Source of the DNA: Pseudomonadota bacterium | Lineage (GTDB): Bacteria; Bdellovibrionota_F; JAHFAK01; JBDREC01 | Assembly (NCBI GenBank): GCA_043820105.1 | Contig: JBDREC010000103.1 | Coordinates: 79,405-123,279 of the forward strand | Reading direction: 5' to 3' | Length of the DNA stretch: 43,875 nt | Shown: one piece after another, positions 8,586 to 18,562 of the stretch | How positions within the stretch are numbered: the first letter of the stretch is position 1 | How the letters are laid out: each line of letters begins with the position of its first letter | The notes under the pieces: generated by a model | Seen by the model: the letters and a program-made list of their open reading frames with translations, nothing else | The model's database searches: none | What the model was told of the DNA's origin: nothing | Made by a program: the position numbers and the translations under genes

Positions 8586-10457
8586 ATGAAAAAGGCATAT
8601 TATAAAAACAGAGCCTTCTTTAAATTGGGTAATAAAGGCTCAGTTGACTATTCAGGCCTTATTGGAGGGATAATATTATATTTTATTATAGGTATAATAG
8701 TAGCTCATTACAGTGTTCTGATTGCCTTTTTAATTTTAATCTTTGGAGTGATAAACCTGTTAAAGGAAACCATAGATGTTGAGACCAAGATTGTGCCTGT
8801 AGGAAGCGAAAGCAAGGTTACCTCGAAGGTCAATAAACTTGAGTATAATATTACTGATAAATTAACCCGCAAACACTTTCCTGACAGGCTGGAAAGAGGC
8901 TTTGTTACCCTTGATCCTGCAACTATATTTGAATTGGTGTCAGCACAAAGCCCTAAGGCAAAAACCATACAGGAAGATTTAAAAGACTCAGAGATGCCCT
9001 TCAGGGTTTATGGTGATCACATTACAGGGAACAGGGTAATAGTACATGATAAGATTGAGCTAAGCATGCAGGAAGTCAGCAATATTGCTGCTAGTAAGGC
9101 TTCAGCTGTAAAAACATACTGTTTTGCAGATAATATATATTTTAATCAGCCAGAAAGCATAGAAGAGTATCTGGCAAACTTTCTGGATTATTATGGCTTT
9201 TTATATCCAAAACATCTCAGTGAATTTATGCTGATCATCAAGGGAGTAGGCATTGCTTTGTCAAAAGCAGAGGTAGAGGAATTAATAGAAAAAATCCTCA
9301 GAGAAGCAGGGCCTTTGCATGAACCGGCCTGCCAGAAGGATTATTATACAAATTTATTTTTCAGGTACGGGAATGCAATGATTTACAGATTGGGGCTAAT
9401 GCTGCTCTACAATTTCAGGTATGCCAATGGTGGGCCAGAATTTGCACTTTATGCAGAATATTATATGAAACAGATTGATAAGGAGCTGGATGCTGCATTT
9501 CTGTCAGGTGATATAGCCTATGTTACCTCAGCAGACGATGAAAGCGTATTGGGAGTTGAGCATTTGCGCGGAAAGGGAATACGCAAAGCGGGTGTAGCCA
9601 GCAGAGAAACCATGCTTTCTAATTTTCCAGAAGGCACAAGCAAATTGCTCAAGTCCAGATATCTGCTTATTAGGGAAATTGGACGTGGAGGGATGGGAAT
9701 TGTATACGAAGCCCTTGATGAAAAAACAGGCAATAAAGTTGCTATCAAGAAGATGAAAGAAGAACTTAAAATCAGCAAAAGGGAAAAACAACGTTTTCTG
9801 AAGGAAGCGGCCATTGTTGCAAAGCTGCATCATGACAATATTGTTGAATTATATGACCTGATAGAGGATGCTGATAATATTTATCTTGTTTTTGAGTACA
9901 TTAAGGGGATTACAGTTGAAGATATTCTGGAAAAAAAAGGGAAACTCAGATACAGAGATGCTCTTATATTGGGCCTGGAAATATGCAAGGCCCTTGATTA
10001 TGCGCACGGGCAGCATATAGTGCACCGTGATCTTAAACCATCCAATATTCTGGTGAATAAGGAAAAAAAGATAAAGATAATGGATTTTGGCATTGCCAGA
10101 GAAGCCAAGGATAGTATCACCAGATTAACAGGATCAGTGGACACTTCAGGGACTATAGTATATATGGCGCCCGAGCAGATCCTGGGAAAATATGATTACA
10201 GAAGTGATATCTATTCACTGGGTGTGACTTTATATGAAATGCTAACGGGCGAGGTCCCTTTTCGTGGCGGGGATGTTTATATTCAAAAAAAGGAAATGGC
10301 TTATACAGAAGCATCTGAAGCGGATAGGAGTATTCCACGAAAGATAGACACGATAATTGCAAAATGTCTGCAGGTGGATCCTGACAAAAGATATACCTCT
10401 TGCCTTGAATTATATTATTCATTGAAGTATATTTATGAGAGTATGGATTTAATTTGA
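8586..10457 (+). CDS. Membrane-anchored Hanks-type Ser/Thr protein kinase 2 (paralog)
   Basis: GRGGMGIVY, VAIK, HRDLKPSN, DFG, APE; shares the pre-kinase domain with kinase 1. Confidence 0.92.
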   Translation: MKKAYYKNRAFFKLGNKGSVDYSGLIGGIILYFIIGIIVAHYSVLIAFLILIFGVINLLKETIDVETKIVPVGSESKVTSKVNKLEYNITDKLTRKHFPDRLERGFVTLDPATIFELVSAQSPKAKTIQEDLKDSEMPFRVYGDHITGNRVIVHDKIELSMQEVSNIAASKASAVKTYCFADNIYFNQPESIEEYLANFLDYYGFLYPKHLSEFMLIIKGVGIALSKAEVEELIEKILREAGPLHEPACQKDYYTNLFFRYGNAMIYRLGLMLLYNFRYANGGPEFALYAEYYMKQIDKELDAAFLSGDIAYVTSADDESVLGVEHLRGKGIRKAGVASRETMLSNFPEGTSKLLKSRYLLIREIGRGGMGIVYEALDEKTGNKVAIKKMKEELKISKREKQRFLKEAAIVAKLHHDNIVELYDLIEDADNIYLVFEYIKGITVEDILEKKGKLRYRDALILGLEICKALDYAHGQHIVHRDLKPSNILVNKEKKIKIMDFGIAREAKDSITRLTGSVDTSGTIVYMAPEQILGKYDYRSDIYSLGVTLYEMLTGEVPFRGGDVYIQKKEMAYTEASEADRSIPRKIDTIIAKCLQVDPDKRYTSCLELYYSLKYIYESMDLI

Positions 10458-10984
10458 GGATAAAAATGATAAAGAGAAATAATTTTATATTTATTACAAT
10501 AACTATATGTTTATTGTTTTCAGGTGCTTTGGTAGCTAGTGCCTATAAGGTATCTAAAATTATAGATGGTGACACCATAGAATGCACAGATGGCAACATC
10601 AATTTCCGGGTCCGCTTAGCCGGCATCGACGCCCCTGAGAAAAAGACCTTTTGGGGCAGAAGAGCTAAGATGTATTTAGAAGAGCTCTTGCAAGGCAAAT
10701 CTGTGGATATTAAGCAGTATCTGATTGGGCCTTATAATAGAATTATTGGGGATGTTTTAGTTGGAAGTGAAAATGCCAGTTACAGGATTCTTAAAGACGG
10801 CTATGCTGAGTATTACAGGGAAGGGTGTATTGATTATGAGCTGCAGAAGAATAAGAAGGTCTATAAGTACGATATCCTGCCTTACATAAAACTTGAACAG
10901 GAAGCTAGGGCTAAGAAGCTTAATATATGGCTGTCAAGTGACTATGTGAGTCCCTGTAAATACAGGAAGCAGAATAAGAAATGA
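10454..10984 (+). CDS. Secreted thermonuclease (SNase family)
   Basis: IIDGDT, RVRLAGIDAPE; signal peptide; ATG at 10466 is the likelier start. Confidence 0.9.
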   Translation: MRIKMIKRNNFIFITITICLLFSGALVASAYKVSKIIDGDTIECTDGNINFRVRLAGIDAPEKKTFWGRRAKMYLEELLQGKSVDIKQYLIGPYNRIIGDVLVGSENASYRILKDGYAEYYREGCIDYELQKNKKVYKYDILPYIKLEQEARAKKLNIWLSSDYVSPCKYRKQNKK

Positions 10985-11134
10985 TACTTTTGCGCCATTT
11001 TCAAAAATGGTCATTACATTGCCTTTTAATTCTAAAATATAATCATATATTTCCGGGACAGGTATTGTAACAAAAATATGAAATATTTAAATTGAAAGGG
11101 TTATGAATTTAAAAAGAGGATTATTGGAAGTACT

Positions 11135-12370
11135 ATGAAAATAATTGTGCATAAAGGTTCGAAAGAGATCGGAGGCACCTGCATCCAATTGTCAACTATC
11201 AACACAACTATACTGCTTGATGCCGGTTATCCTTTGGCAGAAGGAAGTGTTCCCGTTGATATAAAGAAGATAAAAACAGATGCAATATTAATCAGTCATC
11301 CGCATCAGGATCATTATGGATTAATCGAGCAACTTGGAAATGATACTAAAATTTGGATAGGCAAGACGGCTGTCGATCTTATAAATGCTTCAAGATTATT
11401 TCTTGGCAAAAAATCTTTAGAGTTCAATTTTAATTATATCGAAAAGTGGAAACCTTTCAATATTGGTGATTTTATAATAACCCCATATTTAATGGATCAC
11501 TCCTCAGTTGATGCTTATGCATTTCTTGTTGAAGCTGAAGGCAAAAAACTATTTTATAGCGGAGATTTCAGAGCGCATGGCAGGAAGAAGACACTGTTTG
11601 AGAAATTTATAAAGAATCCCCCAAAAGATATTGATGTTTTGTTCATGGAAGGAACAATGATGCAGCGGTCAAATGAAAGATTTCCCGATGAGAATGCAGT
11701 TGAAAAGAAAATATTCGACACCATAAAAGATCAAAAAAACATATCCTTCATTTCCATGTCATCACAGAACATTGACAGGATCGCTGCTGCATACAGAGCT
11801 TGTAAAAGATCAGGTAAAGTTTTTGTTGTTGATGCTTATACTGGCTGGGTTCTTGAAAAGATTAAAAATATATCTAGTAGCATGCCTGATATTGATTGGA
11901 AGGAGGTTAGGGTTTATTTACTTCCTAAGCATTATGAAGGAATTAAAAATAATAAAGAAATATTTGCCAAATACTCGGATAAAATATTTAAAAATAGAAT
12001 ATTTAAGGAAGAATTGTATAATGAACCTTCAAAATATTTGATGTTTTTAAAATCATGTAAGGATGAATTTATAAATAACTTTAAGAAAGATCCAAAACCA
12101 AACCTCATCTATTCACAATGGGAAGGCTATATTAAGCGAGATGACCAAAGCAAATCCTATAAGCAATTGAAGAAAATTATAGCTGAAGATAAAGTCAATT
12201 ACATCTACGCCCACACAAGTGGTCATGCGGTCTTAGAAGATTTAAAGACTTTTGCTAGAGCCCTGAATCCTAAAATGCTTGTGCCTATTCATACGGAATA
12301 TGGGATTGATTTTGAGGATTATTTTGATAATGTTTGTATATTAGAGGATAATGAAATACTAGAACGATGA
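11135..12370 (+). CDS. MBL-fold beta-CASP (RNase J-like) nuclease
   Basis: EIGG, SHPHQDH, YSGDF, HTSGH, PIH motifs. Confidence 0.88.
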   Translation: MKIIVHKGSKEIGGTCIQLSTINTTILLDAGYPLAEGSVPVDIKKIKTDAILISHPHQDHYGLIEQLGNDTKIWIGKTAVDLINASRLFLGKKSLEFNFNYIEKWKPFNIGDFIITPYLMDHSSVDAYAFLVEAEGKKLFYSGDFRAHGRKKTLFEKFIKNPPKDIDVLFMEGTMMQRSNERFPDENAVEKKIFDTIKDQKNISFISMSSQNIDRIAAAYRACKRSGKVFVVDAYTGWVLEKIKNISSSMPDIDWKEVRVYLLPKHYEGIKNNKEIFAKYSDKIFKNRIFKEELYNEPSKYLMFLKSCKDEFINNFKKDPKPNLIYSQWEGYIKRDDQSKSYKQLKKIIAEDKVNYIYAHTSGHAVLEDLKTFARALNPKMLVPIHTEYGIDFEDYFDNVCILEDNEILER

Positions 12371-12415
12371 ATTAATTTGTTGGAAAAATTATAATCAAAT
12401 AAAAGGAGTCTTAGC

Positions 12416-13141
12416 TTGAACAGTAATATTGAAAAAATCTTTTATAATCTTGATAAATGGAGAAATTTTCCTGGTTATCAACTTGAAAGAAGGGTAGATA
12501 TATTTTTCTCAATTTATCTTGAAGATATTTTCATGGATATTACAGGTAAGAATCCAATAGTGATACCAGAATTCCCTTTAAGAAAAGGTACAATAAAAAA
12601 TAAGATGAGTTCTAAATTTGCAGAAAAAATTGAAGATAGGCACCATAATAATTCATTTAAAATGGATTATTTGATTATTTCTAAAAATCTTAACAAAATA
12701 TTATTTGTAGAACTAAAAACTGATAATAATTCAATCAGAAAGGATCAGCTCGATTATCTAATTGCAGGGGTGAAAACTGATTTTAAAGAACTTATTGATG
12801 GAGTGTTTGAGCTCAGGGATAATTCTGATAAAAAAAGAAAGTATGATTATTTACTTAAATATTTAGATGAGGAAAAACTTTTTGATGTAAAAGAAAAAAA
12901 AGTGAATGATCATATTTTCAAATATCCGTTTGAGAAAAAGATAACATTTATTATCCCAAAGGATAAAGAATCTTTGATCCGAAAATTTAATAATGAAAGT
13001 GAGAAGAATACCTATAAATTGGACGAAGATTATATAATTACATTTGATGATATTATAAAAAAAATCAGTAAATATAATGACAAATTATCTATTGAGTTCA
13101 GAAAAAGTCTAGAGGACTGGAAAAAAGATGCAGGTTCATAG
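12416..13141 (+). CDS. Probable PD-(D/E)xK nuclease
   Basis: IPEFP...MDYL...FVELKTD...Q..Y pattern. Confidence 0.6.
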   Translation: MNSNIEKIFYNLDKWRNFPGYQLERRVDIFFSIYLEDIFMDITGKNPIVIPEFPLRKGTIKNKMSSKFAEKIEDRHHNNSFKMDYLIISKNLNKILFVELKTDNNSIRKDQLDYLIAGVKTDFKELIDGVFELRDNSDKKRKYDYLLKYLDEEKLFDVKEKKVNDHIFKYPFEKKITFIIPKDKESLIRKFNNESEKNTYKLDEDYIITFDDIIKKISKYNDKLSIEFRKSLEDWKKDAGS

Positions 13142-13230
13142 TTGAAAAAAGTAGTAGCAGATTTGATTTGGAGGCAAGTTAACCAATAGATATTTTAGAT
13201 TATTCAATTTTAAATTATAAAGGAGACAAA

Positions 13231-13758
13231 TTGAAGATTTACCAAGAAATTAGAGATGAATTTCAAATGAATTCCTACAAACCTCTTGATGGGTATTATT
13301 CTTATATTGCTTATAATCAAGATATATTAATAGCTGTTGGTGAAAGTAAGGGAAATAGAGTTAATTGTCTAATCAATCCATCGACTCCAGGAAAACACTC
13401 AAAATACGGTATTGCCAAAATGGCTGTGGCTCTAACAGGAATTAGTAATACCATTTTATTTATTGAACATGCTAATAAAAAAGAAGCTCAGAATAGTGAA
13501 AGAAATATTAAAGCTAAAATAAGAAATTATTTTAACATCTCAGACAACAGAAAAGGTGGAACTTGGTACAAAGGAGAAATTGACAATAAAATTGTTCAAT
13601 TCAAAATGATTTTAGAATTGTGTGTTAAAAATTCAATTACTATTAATCCTTTTGAAAAAGATGTTTTAGAAATGATATGCTATGATGGAGATACTTTCAA
13701 TAATGTATATCAGGTAAATAATACGGTTACTGAGCTTATTAATAAAATAATTAGATAA
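13231..13758 (+). CDS. Hypothetical protein, weak GIY-YIG-like pattern
   Basis: RBS AGGAG; YIAY...AVGES..NR...E; similarity weak. Confidence 0.5.
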   Translation: MKIYQEIRDEFQMNSYKPLDGYYSYIAYNQDILIAVGESKGNRVNCLINPSTPGKHSKYGIAKMAVALTGISNTILFIEHANKKEAQNSERNIKAKIRNYFNISDNRKGGTWYKGEIDNKIVQFKMILELCVKNSITINPFEKDVLEMICYDGDTFNNVYQVNNTVTELINKIIR

Positions 13759-13816
13759 GAAGTTACTTGAGATCAAAATATAGATAAATTTTATAAATAA
13801 TTTAGGAGAAAATGAA

Positions 13817-14179
13817 ATGCCTCACTTACCAAAACTTCTCGATCCGGCAATTTCAAAAGATGATTTTATTAAAAAACTTAAAGATTGGTGCGCTGGCAAA
13901 GGTCTGGATCCAGACGAATATGTAGGAGATTTTGAAAATTACGGCAGAGTGACATGGATAAGGATTCACTTAGTTGCTAATATTTACCTCTTCTTAAATT
14001 CAGATACAAAGCGAAAGGGAGTAGAAAAATTCTTAAAAGTTTATGAAAATGATTGGTATGTAGTTGAAAATACAAGGGGGAATTACAATAAAGTTGCATT
14101 TGGTGCAAATAAAGAGGTGATTGAGAATTTTTATTTATATACATGTGATGTGTATAATAAAGAAACAAAGTTGGATTAA
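13817..14179 (+). CDS. Hypothetical protein
   Basis: ORF with RBS AGGAG. Confidence 0.6.
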   Translation: MPHLPKLLDPAISKDDFIKKLKDWCAGKGLDPDEYVGDFENYGRVTWIRIHLVANIYLFLNSDTKRKGVEKFLKVYENDWYVVENTRGNYNKVAFGANKEVIENFYLYTCDVYNKETKLD

Positions 14180-14274
14180 ATATTAATATAGAAATATTAT
14201 TATATATTATTTCATTTAAAATTTGTCTAAGATATTATTAATCTTTATCAACTAAATCAATATTGAGGTGCTAA

Positions 14275-15288
14275 ATGTCAGCTTCAGCTGAAAGATTTTT
14301 GAGTCTAATTTTAAAACTTAAAAATTCAAGAGTTGGTTATTCCCTTGAGCAACTATCTTCCAATTATCAATGTAGTGAAAAAACAATTAGACGTTACCTT
14401 ACAGCCATCGGGGATGTTGGCTTTGACCTAAATAAAATAAAGAATGATGAAGGGACCATTTGTTGGTTTATCGATAGGAAAAAATTTGAGGATGTTCCGA
14501 TCTCTTTTACTAAAGATGAATTAAGTTCCTTATATTTGGCTACTGATTATTTCAGGGGAAGTGTTTTTTCCAAAAGCATGGGATCTGCCTTTGATAAAAT
14601 TAAAAATAATCTTACTGACAAGCAACGGGAATATGTTGAAGAGTTAGGAGAACTTTTGTATACATCCTCTAATCCCGGAATAGATTACAGTAAATCTTAT
14701 AACAAGATTGAAGATATAAAAGAAGCAATCATTAACAAGAAAAAGCTGCGGATAAAATATAAATCACACTCAGATGAGGCATATATTAATGAGTCCCATA
14801 TTGATTCAAGACCCAAATTTAGAATTATAGATCCATTTCAAATCTATACTCATGATAACATCCTTTACCTTGTCGCAAATTGTAATGAAAGAAAAGCAAA
14901 AAGAACCTTTGCAATCCACAGGATTATAAGTTGTGAAATTCAGGACCAAACCTTTAAGGTTGATAAAAATTTCAGTCTTGCTGATTATCTCGCTGAAGGT
15001 TTCAATTCCTATAGGGGTGAAGAAGAATCTATAAAATATAAAATATGGTTTGATAAAACAGTTGCAGCTTATGTAAAGGACAGGAAATGGCACAGAACAC
15101 AGAAGGAAAAGGACCTTAAAAACAGAGATGTAATAATAACTTTCAAATCGCGTGGAAAAAAGGCAGTTAAAAGATGGGTAATGGGTTACGGTGATAAGGC
15201 AAAAATTCTTGAACCAAAAGAGATAGCAACTGAAATTAAGGACGAAATTTCAAATATCCTCAAATTATATGGCAAGGATTCATCTTAA
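14275..15288 (+). CDS. HTH-WYL-WCX transcriptional regulator (PafB/DriD/YafY-like)
   Basis: N-terminal wHTH (SEKTIRRYL); WYL domain (RIIDP..LYLVANC..RTFAIHRI); WCX (WVMGYGDKAKILEP). Confidence 0.92.
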   Translation: MSASAERFLSLILKLKNSRVGYSLEQLSSNYQCSEKTIRRYLTAIGDVGFDLNKIKNDEGTICWFIDRKKFEDVPISFTKDELSSLYLATDYFRGSVFSKSMGSAFDKIKNNLTDKQREYVEELGELLYTSSNPGIDYSKSYNKIEDIKEAIINKKKLRIKYKSHSDEAYINESHIDSRPKFRIIDPFQIYTHDNILYLVANCNERKAKRTFAIHRIISCEIQDQTFKVDKNFSLADYLAEGFNSYRGEEESIKYKIWFDKTVAAYVKDRKWHRTQKEKDLKNRDVIITFKSRGKKAVKRWVMGYGDKAKILEPKEIATEIKDEISNILKLYGKDSS

Positions 15289-15397
15289 AAATCAGACACT
15301 TATTTCATTTATATGAAATTGCATAACAATTAGTTTCAAATGTTCAAATAAGTTTCATATCCACTTGATATCATTAGAATATTATTTTTCTCTCAGG

Positions 15398-15428
15398 GAC
15401 AACATGTGTCACTTTTTAATGATATACT
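15398..15428 (+). promoter_or_regulatory. WYL-activator-type promoter directly downstream of the WYL gene
   Basis: GAC AACATGT GTC ACTTTTTAATGA TATACT. Confidence 0.8.
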
Positions 15429-15470
15429 GGTATCATTACAAGAAATAAAATTAAAACGAAAGAGGAACAA

Positions 15471-15566
15471 ATGGCAAATAAAACAGATCAGGCTATTCAA
15501 TTAAGTGTTGAATATATAATACTTTGTGTTTTTATCAAATCAGATCCTGTATATAGCTATATATGA
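15471..15566 (+). CDS. Possible 31-aa small ORF or gene remnant
   Basis: RBS GAGGA then ATG; first ORF after the promoter. Confidence 0.3.
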   Translation: MANKTDQAIQLSVEYIILCVFIKSDPVYSYI

Positions 15567-15627
15567 TGATAAAGGAAAAATTAATAATATTTTTATTTAT
15601 ATCAACAATATTAAAGAGGGGAGTAAA

Positions 15628-16494
15628 ATGAAAGAAGATTTTAAAGAAAATATTAAACTTATAAAAGAAGAAGAAGAAGCTATTGCAGATGATCTTCAGG
15701 TAGCTATGACTTTGGGAGATATTTATTTTCATGGATCACTGGATGTGGTTCGCGATTATCGGGAGGCTTTCTTCTGGTATAAAAAAGCAGCAGAAATGGG
15801 GAGCCTAGATGCGACTTTTAATCTTGGCTATTTATATTTTAATGGATTGGGTATCCAAAGGGACCGTAAAAAAGCATTAGAATGGTACATGAAAGCAGCA
15901 GAGCCGGGAAATGCCAAAGCTATGTATAATATTGGGAATATTTACTCTAATGGGCTGGGAGTCAGTCAGGATCACGAAAAGGCACTTGGTTGGTATAAAA
16001 AAGCTGCGGAATTGGGAGATGTTCAGGCCTGTTCTGATATCGGTGTAGCTTATGCTGAGGGCATGGGAGTCGAGCAAGACCTAGAAGAAGCTGTCATATG
16101 GTATAAAAAAGCAGCCCATGGAGGGAATGCAACTGCCATGGTTAATCTTGGGTATATGTATTCAAAAGGCTTTGGCATAACAAAAAATAATCAAAAACAG
16201 ATTTATTGGTTAAAAAAAGCAATAGAGCTTGGAAGTGTTGAGGCAATGTTTAATCTCGCTTGTGTTTATTATAAAGGAGCAGGACTTAATCAGGATTTTA
16301 AGGAAGCATTTTACTGGTATCAGCGGGCAGCAGAATTAAACCATCCTGTTTCCTGGTTTAATCTTGGATATATGTACCAGAAAGGTGAAGGTGTAAATCG
16401 GGATCTTGAAAAGGCAAAGCATTGGTACAAAAAAGCTGCTATGGCGGGTGATTTTCGGGCAAAGCTGGAGTTATCATCATTAATTGAACAATAA
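15628..16494 (+). CDS. Sel1-like repeat protein
   Basis: About 7 repeats of A.FNLG..Y..G.G...D..KA..WYKKAA; start moved to ATG 15628 after RBS GAGGGG. Confidence 0.93.
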   Translation: MKEDFKENIKLIKEEEEAIADDLQVAMTLGDIYFHGSLDVVRDYREAFFWYKKAAEMGSLDATFNLGYLYFNGLGIQRDRKKALEWYMKAAEPGNAKAMYNIGNIYSNGLGVSQDHEKALGWYKKAAELGDVQACSDIGVAYAEGMGVEQDLEEAVIWYKKAAHGGNATAMVNLGYMYSKGFGITKNNQKQIYWLKKAIELGSVEAMFNLACVYYKGAGLNQDFKEAFYWYQRAAELNHPVSWFNLGYMYQKGEGVNRDLEKAKHWYKKAAMAGDFRAKLELSSLIEQ

Positions 16495-16525
16495 AGATTA
16501 TTAATTACTTTGCAAGGGGGGAGCA

Positions 16526-17254
16526 ATGTTTTTTATTTCATCAATTATTTTGCTTTTCGGATATATAATTTGGCTCACAAGACCTCTTGATTATGATTCG
16601 ATCAAAATTGTTGGAGAATCAAAGCGGCTTTCGGATATTAAAAATTATTATTTAAAAAAATCAGCCGGGTTTTTCGATAGCACAGGAATAAAAAAGACAT
16701 GGAACAAATTTCAGGCAGGAGAGTTTTTAAAAGTGGATTTCAGCCTGAATGTTTTCCCAGGAATTGTCAGCGCTTTTCTTAATGGAAAAAAGCATGAATG
16801 GGTAATAATTGGTTTTGTTTCCAAACTAAATGTAAAAATGATATGGATAAAAAAAGGGGACAGAAGGCGAGTATTACTTGGACTTGATAATGAGGAGCTT
16901 ATATCGCTTGCCAGGGAAAATAATGCAGACACAGTAGTTATCCTGCACAATCATCCCAATCCGAATGCAAGGATCTATAACTGTTCAAAACCTAGTGCCG
17001 CAGATTTGGGTTCTGCCGGAAGGATTGCTAGGGCTCTTAATTCAGCATTTATTACTCTGCTGGAATTTGTGTGCGAAAGAGGTTCTAGTTATCTTTTCTT
17101 TCTTGCACCTTCACGGAAATGCTTCCCTCTTGAGCAATATTATAAAGCAATTATGGCAGATGCAGGGAAATTTGCCTTTACTAACATTTTATACCGCCTG
17201 CAATATTTATTTTTCAAAAGAAGAACCAATAGCCATTATGTAATGGAGGGATAA
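16526..17254 (+). CDS. Membrane-anchored JAB/MPN (RadC-like) domain protein
   Basis: N-terminal TM; E...ILHNHP....PSAAD metal motif. Confidence 0.7.
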   Translation: MFFISSIILLFGYIIWLTRPLDYDSIKIVGESKRLSDIKNYYLKKSAGFFDSTGIKKTWNKFQAGEFLKVDFSLNVFPGIVSAFLNGKKHEWVIIGFVSKLNVKMIWIKKGDRRRVLLGLDNEELISLARENNADTVVILHNHPNPNARIYNCSKPSAADLGSAGRIARALNSAFITLLEFVCERGSSYLFFLAPSRKCFPLEQYYKAIMADAGKFAFTNILYRLQYLFFKRRTNSHYVMEG

Positions 17255-17257
17255 ACT

Positions 17258-17956
17258 ATGAAAAAAAACAAAAAGGCTGATCTGTTAAAAAAATATAAAA
17301 CCCTTTATGAAGTGTTTGAAAAGAAAAGACTTGAACATGACAGCCTCTATTCTCATATGATTGATTTTTTCAATGAGAACAGCGGCCTTATGGAGGAGCT
17401 CAGTAAAAAAACAGCCAACCTAAGCACGCGCCTTGCCGAGCTTGAAGAACTTATAGAACCTGTAAGGCAGAAGGTAAAGCTGATTAGATGGGAATATGAA
17501 TTTAAAAAATTAAAAAAGGAGGGTATTATGCTTTTTCATCCTGACAGACATGGGGGGAGTAACCAATCTGCTCATGAATTATTTGTAAGTTTTAACGAAG
17601 CCGTTAAGCAAAAGGATCTTGAGCAGATGCAAAGAATTATTGATGAATATAAGCTTTTACCGGATCCTGAAATGCTTGATGAGGATTTTGATGAAGCAAA
17701 AATTCTGGCCTCTATCAGTTATCTTGAAAAGGAACTTTCTGAACTTGAGTTAAGAATAAATGAGATTAAGGAGAGTGACAATTGGAAAGAGGTTGAAGAA
17801 CTGGAAAAAAACGGGAACGCACCTGAGCCTATTTTAAAGTTAAAAAAGGGAATAAGTGAACTTGAGGATAAAATATCCTCTTTATTAAAAGAACAGCAAA
17901 GCCTGGAGGAAGAAATGGAAAGGAGTGTATCTTCTTCCGGTAAAATCTTTGAATAA
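17258..17956 (+). CDS. Coiled-coil protein with an embedded J-domain
   Basis: LFHPDR...FVSFNEA flanked by heptad repeats. Confidence 0.75.
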   Translation: MKKNKKADLLKKYKTLYEVFEKKRLEHDSLYSHMIDFFNENSGLMEELSKKTANLSTRLAELEELIEPVRQKVKLIRWEYEFKKLKKEGIMLFHPDRHGGSNQSAHELFVSFNEAVKQKDLEQMQRIIDEYKLLPDPEMLDEDFDEAKILASISYLEKELSELELRINEIKESDNWKEVEELEKNGNAPEPILKLKKGISELEDKISSLLKEQQSLEEEMERSVSSSGKIFE

Positions 17957-17994
17957 AAAGGGCAGAAAAAAATTAATAATAACTAAATTAAGAG

Positions 17995-18546
17995 GTGAAT
18001 ATGAAAAATATGAGCAATAATGAAAAAAAGAACATTATAGTTACAAACGCCATCGGCGGATCAAGTAACGATCAGCCAGGATCGGTGTACAGCAAAGGCA
18101 AGCTGCCACCGACAATAAAGGTACTTGAAGGCTTAAAAAACAAGCTTACACCAAACCTTAATAGAACGAAACGAGTATTGAAGATAACACTTGGTGGAAA
18201 CGGATTCTTTGTATTTAAGGATTTTGGTCAGGATTATGTTGGGAAAGAGGGAAAAGAATTATTTGATCTTCAAATTATTGCAGACAAAATAGATCTTTTT
18301 ATTCAGGATGTTTCGCTTCAGGTATTAGGGAATATTAACCATAATAGGAAACATATGAGATTGAATGTATTTTTTAATACTAGCTTTATGGAATTGGAAG
18401 ATAATTCAACAATTATAACAAAAGAAAGAACCGATACATTTTCTCTGCTTGAAGAGGCTTATAAAAATGGAAAAATTATCAACAATTCAGACTGTCCTGT
18501 AAAAATAAAGAGGAAAAACTCAAACAAATACTTTATTATTTTATAA
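17995..18546 (+). CDS. Hypothetical protein
   Basis: ORF in operon with RBS GAGGTG. Confidence 0.6.
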   Translation: MNMKNMSNNEKKNIIVTNAIGGSSNDQPGSVYSKGKLPPTIKVLEGLKNKLTPNLNRTKRVLKITLGGNGFFVFKDFGQDYVGKEGKELFDLQIIADKIDLFIQDVSLQVLGNINHNRKHMRLNVFFNTSFMELEDNSTIITKERTDTFSLLEEAYKNGKIINNSDCPVKIKRKNSNKYFIIL

Positions 18547-18562
18547 GATTTGGAGGGATAAT

